Made by a program: the position numbers and the translations under genes. Positions 60,458-64,000 of a stretch of DNA of 64,000 nt are shown here, piece by piece. The number at the start of each line of letters is the position of its first letter. Positions within the stretch are counted from its first letter, which is position 1. The notes under the pieces are model-generated. The model was given only the letters and a program-made list of their open reading frames with translations, made no database searches and was not told where the DNA came from. Origin of the DNA: Neoechinorhynchus agilis (lineage: Eukaryota; Animalia; Acanthocephala); contig CM121342.1 of the NCBI GenBank assembly GCA_051530055.1, forward strand, positions 6,678,864 through 6,742,863. The letters are read 5' to 3'.

Positions 60458-61922
60458 ATGAAACGTGGTTCACGAGGTAAAACTATGCTAAAAACCACTG
60501 GAAAGATTGAGAGTTCGATTTTGCAGCAATACGCATGGAATCCGCAGGACGATTCGAATATAGGTTCTAGTCTTTGCGTTGACCAATCACAGATTCCACT
60601 TTCCGAAGAAGCTCGTGTTGCTGTCGAGGAATTGTTGATTTCAAATCTTTCATGTCGTGAAATAATCGATAAAAAGTTGACTGAACTGGATGATTTTATA
60701 TGTTACTTGGAACATCAATTTAAAGCTAAAGAAGAAGAGATTGCTAGACAGGATATTTTCTTTAAAGTCGCTACGTTTTCAAGTTCTGACCTGTATCCTT
60801 ATTTTCAAGGTCAATATCGAGATCATTTATGTAAAAATACAGTAATCAAGGCGATAGATGTCGACGATCCGTTTTTGGAACTTAACGACGTCCACTATTT
60901 GATAGCTGAACGCGCATGGTCGCCTGCTTGTATCACGACATTGCAAGAAATTGTTGTTAATCAACTCCGAATTCGATTTCCCCACCTCTCAAATCTATCG
61001 GATGTTGATTTTATTGATGAACTCGAGTCTTCTACTTCTACAAATTACGTCGACCTTATTGATTGGAATGCTGTCAGTAGAACCGTGAATGGACCGTGGA
61101 GTGCGTATTGCTGCAGAAACTCTTGGATTCTTGAGTTTGATATAAGATTGAAAAATACTTGGACCAAGGAGGAAGCCGCAGAACTGTTGAGCATTGTTTG
61201 GCATGAGTTCTCTAACCATGACTGGCCGAAGATCGCTGCTCGATTAAGTCGCCCGGACAAACGAAGATCCGCTTTTCAATGCGCAAAACAATTCGCTCTC
61301 ACTGATTCAAAGAAACATTCAACTAAGCTCAGCAAGGAGGAAAGCGACAGATTAATGGATATTATCGATCGAGAGAGTATTGGGTGTTATATCCCCTGGA
61401 AGAGTGTCGCTTATGAGTTTCAATCCCGAACACGCGAAACTCTTTACACTTATTATAGACATCTCCCTCGAAAAGGAATTCGAGGTACATGGACGATTCA
61501 AGAGACAAACCATCTTTTGGATATAATGGCGGAACATATCCGAAAAGATCGCATCGATTACGATGAACTCGAACGAAAAATGCCAACTCGTACTTCTGTT
61601 CAAATCCAACGAAAATTCGAAAAATTAACTGCCCTTAAATCTGTTATGAAAGATCCACACAAGGCTAAAGTCGTTTTCAAGCTGTGGGATAACTTCAAAC
61701 TCTCTAATGGTATTTGTTTCTTTTTTTTCTGCGACTACTATCATTTCGTTAGTGACCGCGGCTGAGTTTGCACTTCAGGAAGGTTTAAAATTAGATTCAA
61801 CGATAGTTCTTGAAAAACTTGAGTGGTATGAACAACAATTCTATTGGCTAATCGAACAACCGGTACGTCAGAGAAATCGTTTTCTAATCTACTTCGATTC
61901 GCGAATATTCAGGAATTTTTAG
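60458..61922 (+). CDS. SNAPC4: snRNA-activating protein complex subunit 4 (SNAP190) Myb-repeat protein, apparently intact
   Basis: Myb repeats WTKEEAAELL..DWPKIA..RSAFQC and YIPWKSVAYEFQSR..GTWT match the SNAP190 pattern (RSAFQC, HIPY). The phase-1 GT-AG intron 61710-61752 joins the 435-aa ORF in frame to VTAAEFALQ...RNF*. Confidence 0.85.
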
Positions 61923-62685
61923 TCTTTATCTATTAGCATGACTTCATAATATTTTAGCGTTTATCATTTAACACACCGAATGGTTTCATAGTACAACCAG
62001 GATTATAGAACTTTTTTATTTACACCACTATTACATAATTTATAGTCAACTAGTTGAGATTTTTTTAATCTTCAATTATTTTTGTGTTATTGTGGTGGCA
62101 ATCGTTGTCACTGAACAAAATATCACCGGAAGTAAACGTATACATTACTGTTATTGCAATCAACGGATATCGTCGAGAATATATGGAATACGGCCTCTAA
62201 AACTACTCAAACTTAAATCTATCGATAAAACTACGCCGTTATAAAACATCACCGCTACAATCAATAATCCTGCAATCACCTCTTCTACAACCGATATTAA
62301 ACATTGAATTTTAGCGTTACAATTCAATGTGTATTCGATGTCCACCTTCATTCGGTCCAGCCCTGAAGATGCTGAATACTTTTGTGTCATAAAATTAACT
62401 ATTTTGATAACTACTGAATTGCGTAAATAATAACACTTCAAACAATACGATCAAATGGATAATTTTTTATTCTTAGATAATTTTTATCGCAGATTTATTA
62501 TCGAACAGAAAATGGGTGTTTTATTTGTTTATTGCTTCAAATTTTCGACGCCTTGCGTCTTCGTCAGGAAGCTTTTCTTCGGTTATCTGAAAAGGAATCA
62601 GAGGAGGGCAACGCTGTCCGGTTTAATTATCATATTTGAATGCTACTTCTTTATAGTTTCAACCATTTAGGCCTCATTTCGACAC

Positions 62686-63484
62686 ATGATGCAAGTTATC
62701 TATTCGAATGAATTATTCGCCGGGGCATGTCTCACAAGCGGGGGTCATCGAATTTTCACAGCTCCGATTGTGAATATTGATCCATGGGTCGTTAAAAGGC
62801 CTCATTACATCTCCGCATTAATTGATTTTGCAGAGAGATTAAATGCGGACGGTCTTCTTTCTGGAAAGGTAATTCAGATTTCACTTGCCAATAATTCGAT
62901 CCTAACGAATACAGACTTTCTTTGCAAGTGCGCTCAAGGCTCCAATGCGTGTATCGGCTCTAGCAAACTCGTTGTGTCATCTAAATTGCAAAGGCAGAAA
63001 TGAAGCCAATAGAGAAATGAAGAAATTGGTTGCAATGTTTCGAGATAGGATAATCCGAGGACAGCAAGAAAGGCGAGAACGATCACCAATCACTGTTCAA
63101 GTATTTGGACAAAAACCTAGTAGTCATTTTATAATAGAAGCTGTCGATTTGGAACATTGCATTGGAGGGGCGTGTATTCTAAGGAGCCCTAAACATAATC
63201 GAACGGTGGATAAGGATTTGCTTCTTATATCCGAAGCATCGGAATGCGTCGGCGATATGATTGCATCGTTTAATGATCAAGGTGATTGTCAAAGCTACAA
63301 GCAACTGGTTGTTGAAGGTGCCAAATTTTGTCGAGAACGTCATCCTCCAACGGTTGTTTCAAAGTCTCATCCGAAAGTCGACACATCACTGGATTATAAG
63401 TCGTGTTCATTGTGCTCGTTTAAGTTAAAGGAGATGCCTCAAATCGGAAAATCTTTAAGAATGGGTGTTGTAGAATTTAAATGA
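62686..63484 (+). CDS. Two-exon orphan protein (~250 aa)
   Basis: A phase-0 GT-AG intron at 62869-62914 (46 nt) joins ORF 62686 (…GLLSGK) in frame to ORF 62945 (TFFASALKAPMRVS…). No family recognised. Confidence 0.65.
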
Positions 63485-63677
63485 ATTAAAATGGAAATAA
63501 CAAATTTTATTAGCAAAAATTTAATTATGAATTTATAAAATCAGAGATCTTAAAAATCGAAAAGATTCCCCGGCTTACCTAGTGACCTCGGTATATCACA
63601 ATCCTTGCCAACAAAGCGATTTAGACATCGCAACCAATGCTCCTTTATGTTACATACCAACGAGTGTTCGTAAAACA

Positions 63678-64000
63678 ATGAGTGATATTATTGAGTATGT
63701 TTGCCTCACTTCAGGATTCATAGAACTCGATCAAAAAACTATTGCACAAGAGCGTTCGAACGCTGTTGATGATCGAGCTGCAATTTCGATGGTCGTGAAA
63801 GCCAATTTTCACCCTAATGCTCAACTATCTCTGGAGGAACTCTACAAAGAGGGTCATACTGCTCGTTGTCTTTTGGGCGTCCTTGAAGTAAACATCGACA
63901 ATTTCCTACGGTGCATCCCCGATCAATCGTTCCTTCGAGTTGCCCAGCGCAAACTCTCCCCGCGTGCTTTGTTCTACCTCCGTGCCAAACTTCCATGTGA
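63678..64000 (+). CDS. Partial hypothetical ORF running off the window end
   Basis: MSDIIEYVCLTSGFIELDQK...LRAKLPC, stop-free for 107 codons up to the window edge. Confidence 0.5.
   Translation, partial: MSDIIEYVCLTSGFIELDQKTIAQERSNAVDDRAAISMVVKANFHPNAQLSLEELYKEGHTARCLLGVLEVNIDNFLRCIPDQSFLRVAQRKLSPRALFYLRAKLPC

Overview
AT-rich eukaryotic DNA, not prokaryotic. It is most likely a fast-evolving metazoan: there is a TIKI-type Wnt protease, and most GT-AG introns are only ~40-55 nt. Recognisable host genes are a DDX28-like DEAD-box helicase (+, 22514-24856), TIKI/TRABD2 (-, ~37143-38956), a full-length but very divergent TRRAP/Tra1 (-, 41441-~54122) and SNAPC4/SNAP190 (+, 60458-61922). SNAPC4 also has an inverted, frameshifted copy at the far end of the window (1218-2562) and a third decayed 5' fragment (~5690-5850). 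A large orphan multi-micro-exon gene (26805-~32488) carries a ninefold tandem amplification of a two-exon cassette. The rest includes two secreted-type LRR paralogs, several orphan ORFs, and many non-LTR retrotransposon remnants: at least five CRE-clade (RT + restriction-like endonuclease) pieces, one RTE-like element and L2/CR1-like fragments. There is also a foldback/MITE-like family, a G-U-rich hairpin, and tandem arrays with 130-bp, 144-bp, 18-bp GGATCC and ~318-bp units. I found no CRISPR array, rRNA or tRNA. All family calls come from recalled motifs, not database searches. Exon boundaries were read by eye.
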